From assembly GCA_000165425.1 (NCBI GenBank), contig CT868654.1, positions 310,001 to 368,269 on the forward strand: a DNA stretch of 58,269 nt. The letters run 5' to 3'. The notes beneath the pieces are model-generated. The model did not search any database. It saw only the letters and a list, made by a program, of their open reading frames with translations, and was not told where the DNA came from. Of the stretch, positions 40,859 to 54,584 are shown piece after piece (within the stretch, counting starts at the first letter, position 1; each line of letters begins with the position of its first letter). Both the position numbers and the translations under genes were made by a program. The stretch comes from Paramecium tetraurelia (lineage: Eukaryota).

Positions 40859-41010
40859 ATTATGTTTATAATATATAACGAAATAATTTTCTCGTATTAA
40901 ATTAATATTATAATTAGTTCATGTCATAAATCTTTTTGATTATTATAAAAAAGCATTAGTTTCTGATTTATTCCAATAATATTGTGCATATTAATATTAT
41001 TATTTTACAA

Positions 41011-42557
<1,547 letters not shown>

Positions 42558-43357
42558 AATTTCTATATTGTTATTTATTAAAAAAATAGTTGCATCATAG
42601 ATGAATTTTATATAACTTATATTTAGCTTATACGCTAACTCCAAATGAATTGCCTAAGATATTGACTTAATCTTAATTAAAGCATCAACATTACAGCATC
42701 CATATATGATCAGGTGAAGGAGACTCATGAAATTTAAAGAATTTACAATGTAAATAACTATAAGATAAGTAAATAATTATTTTCGCTTAAAATTTCTATT
42801 TTCATTTTCCTAATTTCTATTTTTGTCTATCAAGTTATAGACTACTCTATTATTTCTTCTATCAGAAATAGCTTTATTCATAAATAGATAGATATTAATC
42901 TGCTCTTCCACACTCATTATAATTATTTGTCTAATTTGTCACTTCCCCTAAAATTCTTCTCTAACTATCCTTTTAAATAGCTAACTATATTTTTGCATTA
43001 CAATCCTATCAATCGTGGCTCATTTATTTTCATTTATTAATATCCCTTTACCTTAATTAACAATTTCTTAAGCCGGTTCAAAATCTACTTCTTTTAATAC
43101 TCTTGGAAAATCAATATTAAAACACAAACATTACATTCTAGATTCAGTAGCATTTATTTAATAGGTAGCCTTGAATACCATTTGTTCCACCCATCCTTTT
43201 TAATGTTCTACTGAATTGATGTGATTACCTCATTCCTCCCTTCTATTTACAAGTTATTGAATAGTAATGATTTATCAAATAATAAACCTGCCTATCAAAG
43301 AAATAGTTTTTAGGGGTTTTAAAGAAAATTTTTATAAAATTTTTGTGTACATAAATA

Positions 43358-45801
43358 ATGAACAACGAAAGAAGTAATAAAAAAAGAGACAAAACATCTA
43401 ATGATGTGAAAAGTCTTCTCACTTAACCAAGTATATTGTTCAATCAAAAGGTTGAGGAGAATATCGTTCATGTATTCTAGTAATTACAACCCTTGAGGGA
43501 AGAAAATGTTGAACTTAAAAATACTATACTAGCTACCTAAACTTATTTAGAGGTATTATCGTATAGTAATGTAGTAATAAAGAGAGAATCTATCACTAAT
43601 TATCAGGGAGACTGAGAGTAGATAACTGGTGAAGAGAATAGCAGATTTTCCAACGTTGATTTCTATTTTGTAGGAGGATATGAGATCCATGTAAGAAACA
43701 CTTAGGAAATGTATTTCAAACTCTAATACGTAATATAGAATCACAAATATTGACGCAATAAGCTAGCGAGTTGCTATTTTTAAATGAAGAACGTAATTCT
43801 AATTATGAACAACTCAAGATGGAGGTCTCAAAGTAATCAATAGAACAATAACATATTATCACTCGTTAGGATGAGTTAATAAAATAAAAAGATTAAACCA
43901 TATATTAACTAAATTAATTGATCGAGGATGAGAACAAAAGACTTAAGAAGAATTAAAACTCACATTTTGAACTTGTAGACTCTTATAATGAGAAGTTGGA
44001 AGAACTTACCAATCAAATCAATGAAGAAATAGACAAGTAGGCATAAATGAAGATTAAATATACTTAAATGCTGCAATAATAATAGGATGAACATCACACT
44101 CAAGTGGCTATCAAATAAGATCAATATGAATTTGCCTTGGGAGAATTGAGAAACACATATGAAAAACGTATGGACAAATTGATTAAAGACAGTGAATTCA
44201 GAATTTCAGAAGCTAACAAAGCATCTATTAGAGCCAATAAAGAATTAGAGTAGGTAAGAAATAAATATGAATAAGAAATTTAAAAAAGTGAACAATAACT
44301 AATCATAATAAAAAATCAATAAATTCAATTATAATAGCAGCAATCCTAAACTCAATAATTAAGAGCTGATATGTAATAACAGTCCTTGTATCTTCATTAA
44401 ACTTAAGCCATGATAGCTAATCTCAAGAAAAATAATAATATCGTACTTAATGAAGAATAAATTTAATCGGAACTAAAAATACAGCAATCCTTGGAAAACT
44501 TTTATTTATCCAATCCTACGAATCACTTTTCAACTCAGACACAATATTAATAAGAAACTGAGCATCAATAACAATAAACATCACCTACCTTGGGACCTTA
44601 AGAAGTGAGTGCATTCTCACCCGATAATGTATTCAAATTGAATTTAAAACATGCTGATTAATAAACAACTTAAATCTCACCTATTTCTAATTTTAAACAG
44701 AGTGAAGAGAAAGTTCCCAATTTAGATTTAGATGAAGTACAAGAATCCAAAAAATAAACTAATTTAATGAAAAAACTCAGAAAGAAGCGAAATCAAAGAT
44801 CTAAGAATAGAGAGGACCAATTCTATTATCATATTCATACCAATAGTGTATTAACTCCAAAAGAATTAATTTCTGGACCATCTCCAAAGTAAAGTGAAGA
44901 AACACCACATTCTAAATTTGCTAGTGTCAACTTCACTTAAGCCTTTGCAACTCATCATTCAAATCTTAGAAGAAGAAGTAAATTACAGATTAACTTTTCA
45001 AATAATCAAATTCAAGAATAAGAGATCAATCAGGAAATTCAAACATAGGATATTTCCTGTTAAACTGAAGATTGGTTATTAGAGTATTTGATTATAAATG
45101 AAAATTAAAAAACTGTTAATACACATCCACAAGAAAGGTCGAATAGTTACTATTTTTCACCTAATAAAAAAAATCAAATAGCATCTTCCATGCTAGATAA
45201 TAGTTCTAAAAATTAGCATTAATTTAGTCTTTAAATATTGCAAAGTGATTAGGATGAATTTTAGCTCTAATAGAAGGATGAAGTCTCTATTCTAAAAGAA
45301 CAAATTGCTGCACTTCAACAATAAAATCAACTTCAAGCTCATAATATAACAGATTTATAGGAAAAGGCTTTGTAAATGTAAGAAAGGATGAAAGAAAATG
45401 TAAAATAAATGAAGTAATAAATCTAAAAGAGTTCACAAGAAAACCAAACTCTTTTAAAATAACTAGAAAAACCGAAAGAGGTTATAAAGAAAAAGGTTGA
45501 ATTGCAAAAGCACTTAGAAAATCAAATTTCCCAAAGTGAAAATTTATAACATTAACTAACCAAGGCTACAGAAATTATAAAGTATTTTAACAATGAACTT
45601 GAGAATTATAAATAAATGTATAACATCTTTGGAAAAGGCACTAAATCAGAAAGATTAAAAACTAAAAAACTGCCCAGTATTTATTAACCTTCTCCAAAAA
45701 GAAAGATAGGAGAAACAACACCCATTAAATAATCTATGTATGAAGAAGCCCAAAGATTAATCGACAATCTGTATGACATAAAATCATATAAAAGAAATTG
45801 A
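43358..45801 (+). CDS. Gln-rich coiled-coil hypothetical protein
   Basis: MNNERSNKKRDKTSNDVKSLL..., long TGA-free Q/E-rich frame ending KSYKRN-TGA. Confidence 0.7.
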
Positions 45802-46519
45802 CAATGAAATTTGTAAAATAGTTATGTTTATACTATTAACATAAATTAAATCAAGCTTAGGATAAAAATCCCATTATTTATTATCTGCGGTATAAATTCT
45901 TCAATATTTTATACATTCCAACTCATGATAATTGTTACCAATTCTTTTACCTATTTGTTTTTTCTCTATTCCTTATAAATAGCAGAGATCTGGCAAAGTG
46001 TATAAGCTTTCACGACATAAACAATAATCTCTAGATGATCTGTTATTATTAAGCTCTAGCTAATATGAAACAAAGTACAATATAGCATCTAAATCTTTTT
46101 GCTGTATTATTTAATTTAATTATAATCTTAAGATTGATCCAATTATTTGAAACGCAATTACCTCAAAAAGGACAAAGAAATTTATTTTGAAAATTAAACA
46201 AATTGATTTTGAGACTTATCATGAAGTCAGAATCTAAAATTCTTCTATTACAGTGATTATATCAAATTAAATGAATTTATATTTTTTTTTAATTTTACAT
46301 TCAGAATCAAACAACCTTTGATTATAACTTAAATTATATGAAATATCATATTTTTTTTGTATGTTTTTATCTATCATGAAATCTTCTTTATTATTAAATT
46401 ACATTTAGTAAACTAGAACTCTAAGAATTTTTTAAGAACTAAAAAACGAATTTCATAAATTTTCTTGAAGATATCTCATTTTCTAAGAATTTAAAATAAT
46501 TATATTATATTTATCAGTT

Positions 46520-47908
46520 TCATAATCTAATTACTTTAGTTTCACTTTTTGCTTAATCGACTTAACTTTAAACAGATTTTTAAGCTTTCATTAAAATATT
46601 CCTCAACTCTTCCTTAGGAACCTCTTAAGCGAAATAATCCATAAGTCCAGGATCAATTAGCTCTTTTAATTATTAAGGTGAAAGAGCAGGAATATCAACC
46701 CAAATAATTTCTTTACCGCATCCCAGTTTTTTTTGGTTTTTTTCAGAGGGATCAACATATTTTTTAGGATGAGTAATTTATGATTTTTACATAAAGTCTT
46801 TGTTTTCCGTATAACTTACTCCTTTATCTGATATATTAAATGTGTATCTTGAATGAAATTTATACTTTTCAAATTTGTTATCATCTTTATCAGGAAAATT
46901 TCCACAAGTTGTACCATATTAACATCCGGATACTTTTAACCAAATAAGTCCACAGTGAGGGCAGGCTTTAATAAAATTGAAAAAATGCTCTTCATTATTT
47001 TTCATTTTTTATTGAGTAAGCTTTACAATATCTTCAATATCTACCATCACAGCCTTCTTTAATTCAAAATGAACTAGATAGGCAAGACTAGGATTTTAAT
47101 GATACTCAAACAATTTAGAAAATTCTGCATTATTTTTTATTTCAAAATCTGTGATTAAGTTTTCTGCTATTTTTTTTGTCTCTAAAGCCAAATAATGCAT
47201 TATTTCATGCATTGATTTGTCTTTCTCATCAAAATCTTTAATATATTACCTTATAACATTTGCTAATTTTCTAAAGTTTTAGATTACATCTTCCTTTTTA
47301 CATTCTAATTCAAATTCAATTTCATCTTATAATTCAACTAATTCAAAATTAGAATAAAATTCTGCATCCGTTAATTTAACATCTTGTGCTTAGCATCGAT
47401 CCAAAATAGAATCAATTTATGCACAAATCTTTTCACCAGTATCAAATTTGGATACAAATATCACAGAATTTATTTTATATGAAGCTGCCAACTTTCTTAC
47501 TTATTCCTCATTTTTTTATATAGTTGACAAATCTGCAGTATCCCAATGTGTCACAGCAATTGTTAAAAGATGTCTAAATCTTTAAAATTTTACAACAATG
47601 AATTTGATATAGTCTTACATTAAGTCTATTCTTTCCCATTTAACAACTATAAATATTTAATTAACTGGGCCTTCAGTTAGTGCATTTAAAACACTTACAG
47701 CATGAATAATTTTCTCCGATTTTGATCCGTAACCTGGAGTATCTAATACTCGAAATCCACTTCCAAAAGCAGCCTCTTTTAAAAATGTTTATCTCGTAAG
47801 TGACATACCTCCTGATTGTGTAGGTTAGTTTGTTTTACATATTTTATTGAAAAAGGTGGTTTTCCCACTCCCAGTGAACCCTGTAAGTACAGCCTATCTT
47901 CTACTCAT
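46520..47908 (-). CDS. Intact AIG1/GIMAP-like GTPase with C-terminal RBR-Rcat/IBR-like Cys motif (462 aa, intronless)
   Basis: MSRRQAVLTGFTGSGKTT (G1), SLTR (G2), VLDTPGYG (G3), VTHWD (G4). Later IKACPHCGLIWLKVSGCQYGTTCGN...GCGKEIIW. The span is 1389 nt, i.e. 463 codons. Confidence 0.88.
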
Positions 47909-48098
47909 TTTACTTTCTCTAATTTTTTATTTATATCATGAAATGTTTTAGAATTACTTTAAAACTCCATTTCAATTCTATTATAAGATGGTTATTAGAA
48001 ATTATATAAAAATATTCTATTAAATAGTTTATTATAGAAATTATTATCAATTTCGGTTTATAACACTGCTTTATATTTCAAAGATTAATTTTAGAAAC
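47909..48098. promoter_or_regulatory. Divergent intergenic region shared by the GTPase and pseudo-GTPase
   Basis: 190-nt AT-rich spacer between head-to-head ATGs. Confidence 0.5.
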
Positions 48099-49938
48099 AT
48101 GGCAAGATCATTAATTATCCTATTAGGAAATGATTAAAAGGTAAAGGACTCTATTTTTTATGAATATTCTGGAATTGACAATCAGAATGAATATATTGCT
48201 TTACCCTATTCAAATCCAGTTCCAAGTAGTGTTTTTAAAGATTAATATCATAATTATCAAATACTAAATACTCCAAGTACAAATAAAAAAGATGAATTAT
48301 ATTCCCTGTGGAAAAATCTAATATCAATTTCTAAGTAGGAAAATTTGGAGTTAGCAACAATTATATATTGTTTTATGGATCCTATTATAGAGGTACATTA
48401 ATTATTAAATGATTTGCACAAATAAATGGGTTTTAAATTAGATCAAAATGAAATTATACTATTAACATCATCTGAAAATTTAGTCGATCAAAAGTGCAAT
48501 TTTACAAATACCAATACTTTTTAATGTATTCAACTAAATTCAGCTAAACCACAGACCATTTTACAATAAATTTAAAAAAAAAAATTTATAAAATTGTAAA
48601 ATTTGAGGCTAAAACTTTAAAAAGAGAATAGATATTATGATATTGCAAAAGATATTTGTGATGCTATTTTTTTGGAAATACAGTAAATTGTGAAGAAAAG
48701 TTACAAATAAACAGATTTTATTAAAACCATTCTTTAAGAATAAGTATTTTCTTAGATTTTGCCAAAAGCAAATTTAAATTTCACATCTGAAATTTCTTTG
48801 TTTACTATAGAAGTTTATATTAGGGAAATTTTTTACAACAAAAAAAATGAATTCGAAAAAATTTGTTAGAACAAGTCAATGTTACAATCCTTCTTTTAAT
48901 ATTGGCTCAAATTATGATTGCATTTGGTTGTATGACTCAAAGCCTTAATTTGAATTAGAGAAGCTTTCTCAAATATAAATTTTGCTGAATAATAATTCAC
49001 CTTCCTTAAATTATTGCCCTATATGTTAAAATAAAACATTTTATGTAATCTATAGATAAGTAGTAGATGCTGCTTACGAAGAGGTTCAATTTAGAATAAT
49101 TGATCAAATAAGTTAAACATATTAATAATAAGATTCAAACGAAATACTATAAATTATGTTTTTATCAAATGAAGAAGAAGAAAAAAAAAAGGTTTTTTAC
49201 TTAATCTAAGAAAATTGTTCAACCGAGAATTCGAGATAGAGATCTAATTTTGAGCAAACTTCAATAATCAATAATAAATACCGGTTCCATAATCCTCCAT
49301 TATTTGATTTTGAAAAAGATAGTGAAAATACAATAACAACCTTTAGAGATTATTTTAGTAACAATTCTATTCATTTTTTTTTCATTTTTATAAAGTTTGA
49401 AAGAACAGATATCATGATTTAAAGAATTACTAAAATAATTAAGAAAATCTATCATTTAGAAAGAAACAGAATAGCTTTAATTGTAAATTAATGTGAATGT
49501 GAATAATACTAAAAGTTAGAGTTACAAAAAAGATTTAGTTACTTTGGCTTTAAAACTATAGAGTTTTTTTCAAACGATTCCCCTTAAGATATATGCAATG
49601 CCCTGTTTAAAACTTTAGAAAATGTAGATGCATAAAGATTTGATTTTTCTAATACAATTTTTGAATAAGAAAATGAGATTGCAGATCAATAATAATAATA
49701 AATGAAAGAAAATCTTATAAACGTTAGCAAGCAAATTGAAGCAGATTAAATATAGAAATTTAAAACCTAAATGGCTTAGGATAAAGAATAATAAGAAATA
49801 TTAAACAGGGAAATTAGAGATTTAGAGGAGACATTGTATAAGAAAAGAGAATAATAAAGAGATATATCATATAAAATTAGATAAGATTAATAAGAATTAT
49901 ATGATTGGGAAAGATAGTATCGAAAATTTAAGTATTGA
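48099..49938 (+). CDS. Tandem pseudo-GTPase-domain protein with coiled-coil tail (one +1 frameshift near 48830-48847)
   Basis: Domain 1: LIILLGNDQKVKDSIF...ILNTPS. Domain 2: IMFLSNEEEEKKKVF...FHNPP...FIFIKFERTDIM...FFSNDSPQDICNAL, which resembles the neighbour's IFIVVKWERIDLM...FVSKFDTGEKICAQI. Frame 0 stops at 48915 and frame 1 continues to the TGA at 49936. Confidence 0.7.
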
Positions 49939-51249
49939 TTTCCAATAATGATAAAAAAATATCTTTATTTTATATAAATATCTCAATTAAAAAATCTGTA
50001 AACACTATCGATTTGTATTGCCTTATTTGATATTAGAACACTTGTTTATAATGCAGTATATAAAATAATAAATTGTTGATTTGGATTTTTTCTTGATTAT
50101 ATTTGAATTATTGATTCATTCATCTTCTTCATTATCAAATTTAATGCTCTTTTAGTTATTTAACATTTCTCACGGGTAAAAAAATAACCAATTTATTATA
50201 GTACAAATGCAAAGAAACAAAAATTGTTTATAATAATTTTAGACCATTTTCCATTCAATAAGAAAAATAATCCAGAAAAAAAATTATGTATTAAGAGATA
50301 AATTTAAACCTTTAGTTTCAGGCTATGTTAACTTCAGCTTCAATCCTACTTATTATAGAGGAATGATAGTGTTAAAATGTTAATGATCAAAATTATAACA
50401 ATTTTTTTTCAAATAGTTTGGAATTAATATGGTTTTGTAAATATCTAATTGAGTTTTGTAAATCTACGAATCCTTTTGTATTTTGTGATAATTTAATTCC
50501 TATATTTCTTTAGAAGAACTTATTTTATGTAGTATTATATTTTCAATTTATATTGACACACAATATATTTCAATTAGTGCATTCTATCTCTATTATATCA
50601 ATTTTTTATGATATAATCTATAATGAACACTATATGATTTGAATATATATGGAAAGTAAATATACTAATATTAAACATTATTGATTTAATAATCTAGAAT
50701 TGGTTAAGCGCTCACCTTCCTTATTGATCAAGAGAAAATCCCTTTAGGTATGAATTTTTTTAGGTATTTGAAATAAGAATTAAATTAGAAATTAGATCAG
50801 GCCTCCTTTAAACTCATTATCATTTTTGGATATTATGAAAACAATTATGTTTTTATAAAATGTGATTTATGTTTACATTCATCTAATTCCACAAAATTTT
50901 ACTCTTCTAAGCCTCATCCCTACTCCAATAATAAACAAGATTCTAAATTTATACGTATTAAATTATTTTTCTTAATTCTATAATCATAATGTAATTAAAA
51001 TTGAGCATAAATCATTTATTAATCAATTACAAATGGGGGAGCATGATATTTGCTTCAAATCATCTTCTTCCCTCCATTCATAGTATTATTTACTCTAAAC
51101 ATAATGATTGTTACAAAATTGACTTGTTGGATTTGATTTTAACAACCAAAATAATTTGAATTATATAACATCTAAAAATAGAATCAACAATGAAAAACAG
51201 ATTATATAATATGTATATTGTGATATCGAAAGAAATACATGATTATGTA

Positions 51250-51441
51250 TCAAATTGGGTTCAATTTTTGTAGTTGCTCAGCTTCCTTAACCAGCTATTA
51301 TTGCATTATCTCTAGTATTCTAATGTTTTTATCCAATTTTTCAACTTATTATGAAATCACATCGTGCCAAGGGTAAAGCACAAAAGCTTAAAAGCTTAAT
51401 GCGCAGATTCCAACAAACATATTCACTTTAGGAAGAACCAT
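51250..51441 (-). CDS. 63-aa single-TM microprotein (FQxxVLYPWH family)
   Basis: MVLPKVNMFVGICALSFQAFVLYPWHDVISQQVEKLDKNIRILEIMQQQLVKEAEQLQKLNPI-TGA. Confidence 0.7.
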
Positions 51442-51712
51442 GGTTTTTGCTAAGTTTAGTTAAATTTAATTATTAATTTCTCTTCAATCAATTTTATGCT
51501 TTGTAGTAAGATATTTTTCCATTAATTTCTAGAAATCCTTAGTTTAGTTCTATTTTTAGATCAAACTGATAAACACTTCTTCTCCTACTTTGATTAGTAA
51601 GCAATAACATCCATAAAATTGTCTTTTTAAGATTATTTATATTATTGCTACTATTTTTAGGATCTCATTATTTATATTATATTTTAAAAAAAACAAATGA
51701 ATAAAAATCACA

Positions 51713-51931
51713 TCAGATATTTTTTCCATTCATAATTATTCTATGCTTGATTAACTCCTAATTTCTCTCCATATGAGTTTTTAATTCCACTTCCATCTAT
51801 TCCAATCTCACAATATTTTTCTCCAATTTGTCGACTTACTCGGAGATAGTGTCATGACAAGGATACAGGACTAGTGCTTAAAAACATAAGGCAGTGAAAG
51901 CAATAGCAAAATTCATTTTGATAATCCCCAT
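51713..51931 (-). CDS. 72-aa tandem paralog of the FQxxVLYPWH microprotein
   Basis: MGIIKMNFAIAFTALCFQALVLYPCHDTISEQVDKLEKNIVRLEQME...-TGA. Confidence 0.7.
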
Positions 51932-52385
51932 TCAATACTCAATGGATTTATTTTAATAATTGTATATAAAATGTCAGAATATTCAGATTTATATTCAAAA
52001 TAATTATATAACTGATTATTATTAGGTTGATTATTATCTTAAGATTTACACATAATCATATTTTCAAGTTTTTAAGATCTCTAGACAACATTAAAAATTC
52101 TAAATCTATAAATAGATAAATATGAATAATGATCGATAGTAATTTTCATTTATAGAATTTTGAAATTAATATTAAATAACAGATAGTTAAGGTTGGTGTC
52201 ACATTCAATCTATTACTCACTGTAAGATTTTTTAAGAAATATTTTTGAGATTCACTTTGCTTTTAAAAAACATCTCTTATCACTTCCTCTGTTAACATTA
52301 TCTTATTCAATATAATTTAAGATGTAAATACTTAATTTATAAATGAAAGAGTTAATATGAATTAACTTTGATTTATATATATATA

Positions 52386-54517
52386 TCATAATATTGACTT
52401 CTAAAAATCAGATTCAACTTTAGATTATGTTTTAACTCTTTTCTTATTTTTAGTTTAATCATCCTTATTTTAAACGCTATGTAAAGGATGATAAGTATTA
52501 ATAGAATCTGTCAACATAAATCCTTATATTTGATTGTCTGATAATCTATCTAATCTAGAACTCATTGATTTAGATTTCATAAATGATTGATAATTTGATT
52601 TTATGATATCTACTTTAGATGAAATATTTGGATTCACAACTCTTACATGTTGTTTAGCAACTTTTATTGAAGGCAATTATTAAGAATCTTCTTCGTTAGA
52701 CTACCTATAAGATATTTAATCTCTGTTCGTTGCAAAAGATGGGAAATTATCTACGACGGACTGATTATAGGAGATCTTTGACAGTGATATTCTATTTACT
52801 AAAATGTGGAGTTTTGGATCTATATTATTCTATTATATTTACTTTGGTTTTGCTGGCTAAAATTATTCAAATTGCTTTTCAACTCTTATCAGAAGACACT
52901 TTTAGAAATTTTCTCCTGCCAATTTTAGCATATTAAATTCTTCTTACTTTTCACCATATTATTCATCTAGTTTAGTATGTTGATCAATAATAGATTTATT
53001 TTATTCAACCATCTATTACTTAGAGAGTTTTGATTAAAAAGTAGAACGAAGGATAGGAGAAGACAAAAGTGGTTTAGCTTCATCCTTACCAAACTCATTT
53101 GCATATCTTCTTTCGACTGCTAATGCTTCTTCCTTTTTAGTAAGATAAAAGTTACACCTCTTTGTTTTCACAATATCCTCAATCCTCTTCCTAAAAAGAT
53201 AACTATTTCGTTGTTGAAGAGAATTTAAAGCTTAAAAAAATTCAGGAAATGTTTTCCTCACAATATGATAATTCTCAAAATAATTACTATAATATATTAC
53301 TTCTAAGGAAAGACAATAGCAATTACAAATAGTTAATGTTTTTACAGAGTAGTCTCTTTTTTCTTTCTTTTAGACAACTTCTGTTTCTCCAACGAAACAC
53401 CCTCCTGTTAGATTGGCTAGAACTATTGTCTCTTTAATGTCTTTGACTTCCTATTTAGAATTTTAGAATAAAGAAACTAATGTAAAATCTACATTATTTT
53501 AACTAGGGGGTTTTGGAAATTCAACATTTTATAACAATTACATTTCTCCGTCTTTTAATAGGAGGAATCCATCGGTTTCATCTCCTTATTTCCAAATGAA
53601 AAAGTTAGCTGGAAACTTGGCAGATGTAAAATACAAAATAAGTTTAGACATTTTGTGCTTAGTCATATGTGGAAACATTTTAAAAAAATAGTCTATCTTT
53701 TATTATAATGCTTTCATTCCTTTTTCTCCTACTTGCTATGTTTACTTATTAGCATTACCTTAAAGTTAGCTTTTGATAAGGATACCAATTTCAAATCAGT
53801 TAAACCGAAAATACTAGCAGTTCTAGGTTTATCATTGGTTAATGCCATTTCACCAAATATGGAACCAGAATATTTTTAAGCTACTAACATAAACTTACAA
53901 ATTCCTTAATTTGTGAAATATTTTTCGAAATTTCCTGATCGAAATAATATTAATTCAGAATCAATCACTTTTTATGGTTTAGCCTACTTTTTAATAACTT
54001 AACTATAAAATTTCATCAATTCCTCCCCTTATAATTGAGAAACAGATTCCAAATGCAATTTTTCAAGCATTTTTAATATTCTTGGTTGAGCAGCTGCTTC
54101 GTCAGCTTCTATAGATGCTTGTTGTCTTCTGATATAGATTCCTGCCCTCCCACTTAGAACAATATAAAATTTATCGCCAGCATCATCTACATATCATGGC
54201 AAAATCTACCAATATGAAAAACAGGAGAATCTTTGGGTATGAATTCATAGATTAGATTTTGGCAACATAATTTTGTAAATTCCATTAATGTTTGTGTGTC
54301 AGGACAATTTTCTTTGAAAAAATCAATAACCTGAAGTATTTTGGCAATAACATCAATTTACTCTTCAGATAAATATTGGTAATCTTGATAAATTTAGACA
54401 ACAGGCTTTTTATTATTGTGATATCACTCATACTTAAAACAATTCTTCTTTTGCTATCGCTTGATCTTCCTGTTCCTTTTCAAGATCCTTGCTTAATCCT
54501 TTTTTCAGTTTGGACAT
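52386..54517 (-). CDS. Cyclic nucleotide-binding (two cNMP domains) protein
   Basis: DAGDKFYIVLSGRAGIY, GSIFGEMALTNDKPRTASI, second domain GCFVGETEVV...RDYSVKT; several short introns. Confidence 0.85.
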
Positions 54518-54584
54518 TTCTTAATTTATTATAATGACTGATTATGCTATAATTTATTCTAAAATAACATTATATATGTATAAT

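Noticed and set aside
42560..43352. Possible minus-strand gene with an ATG 5 nt from the next gene's ATG
   Set aside because: The frames could not be joined and the start is unsupported.
50560..51230. Fragmentary coding-like sequence (similar stretches at 8450-8720 and 45830-46400)
   Set aside because: Short frames with stops in all phases and no recognisable motif; probably decayed.
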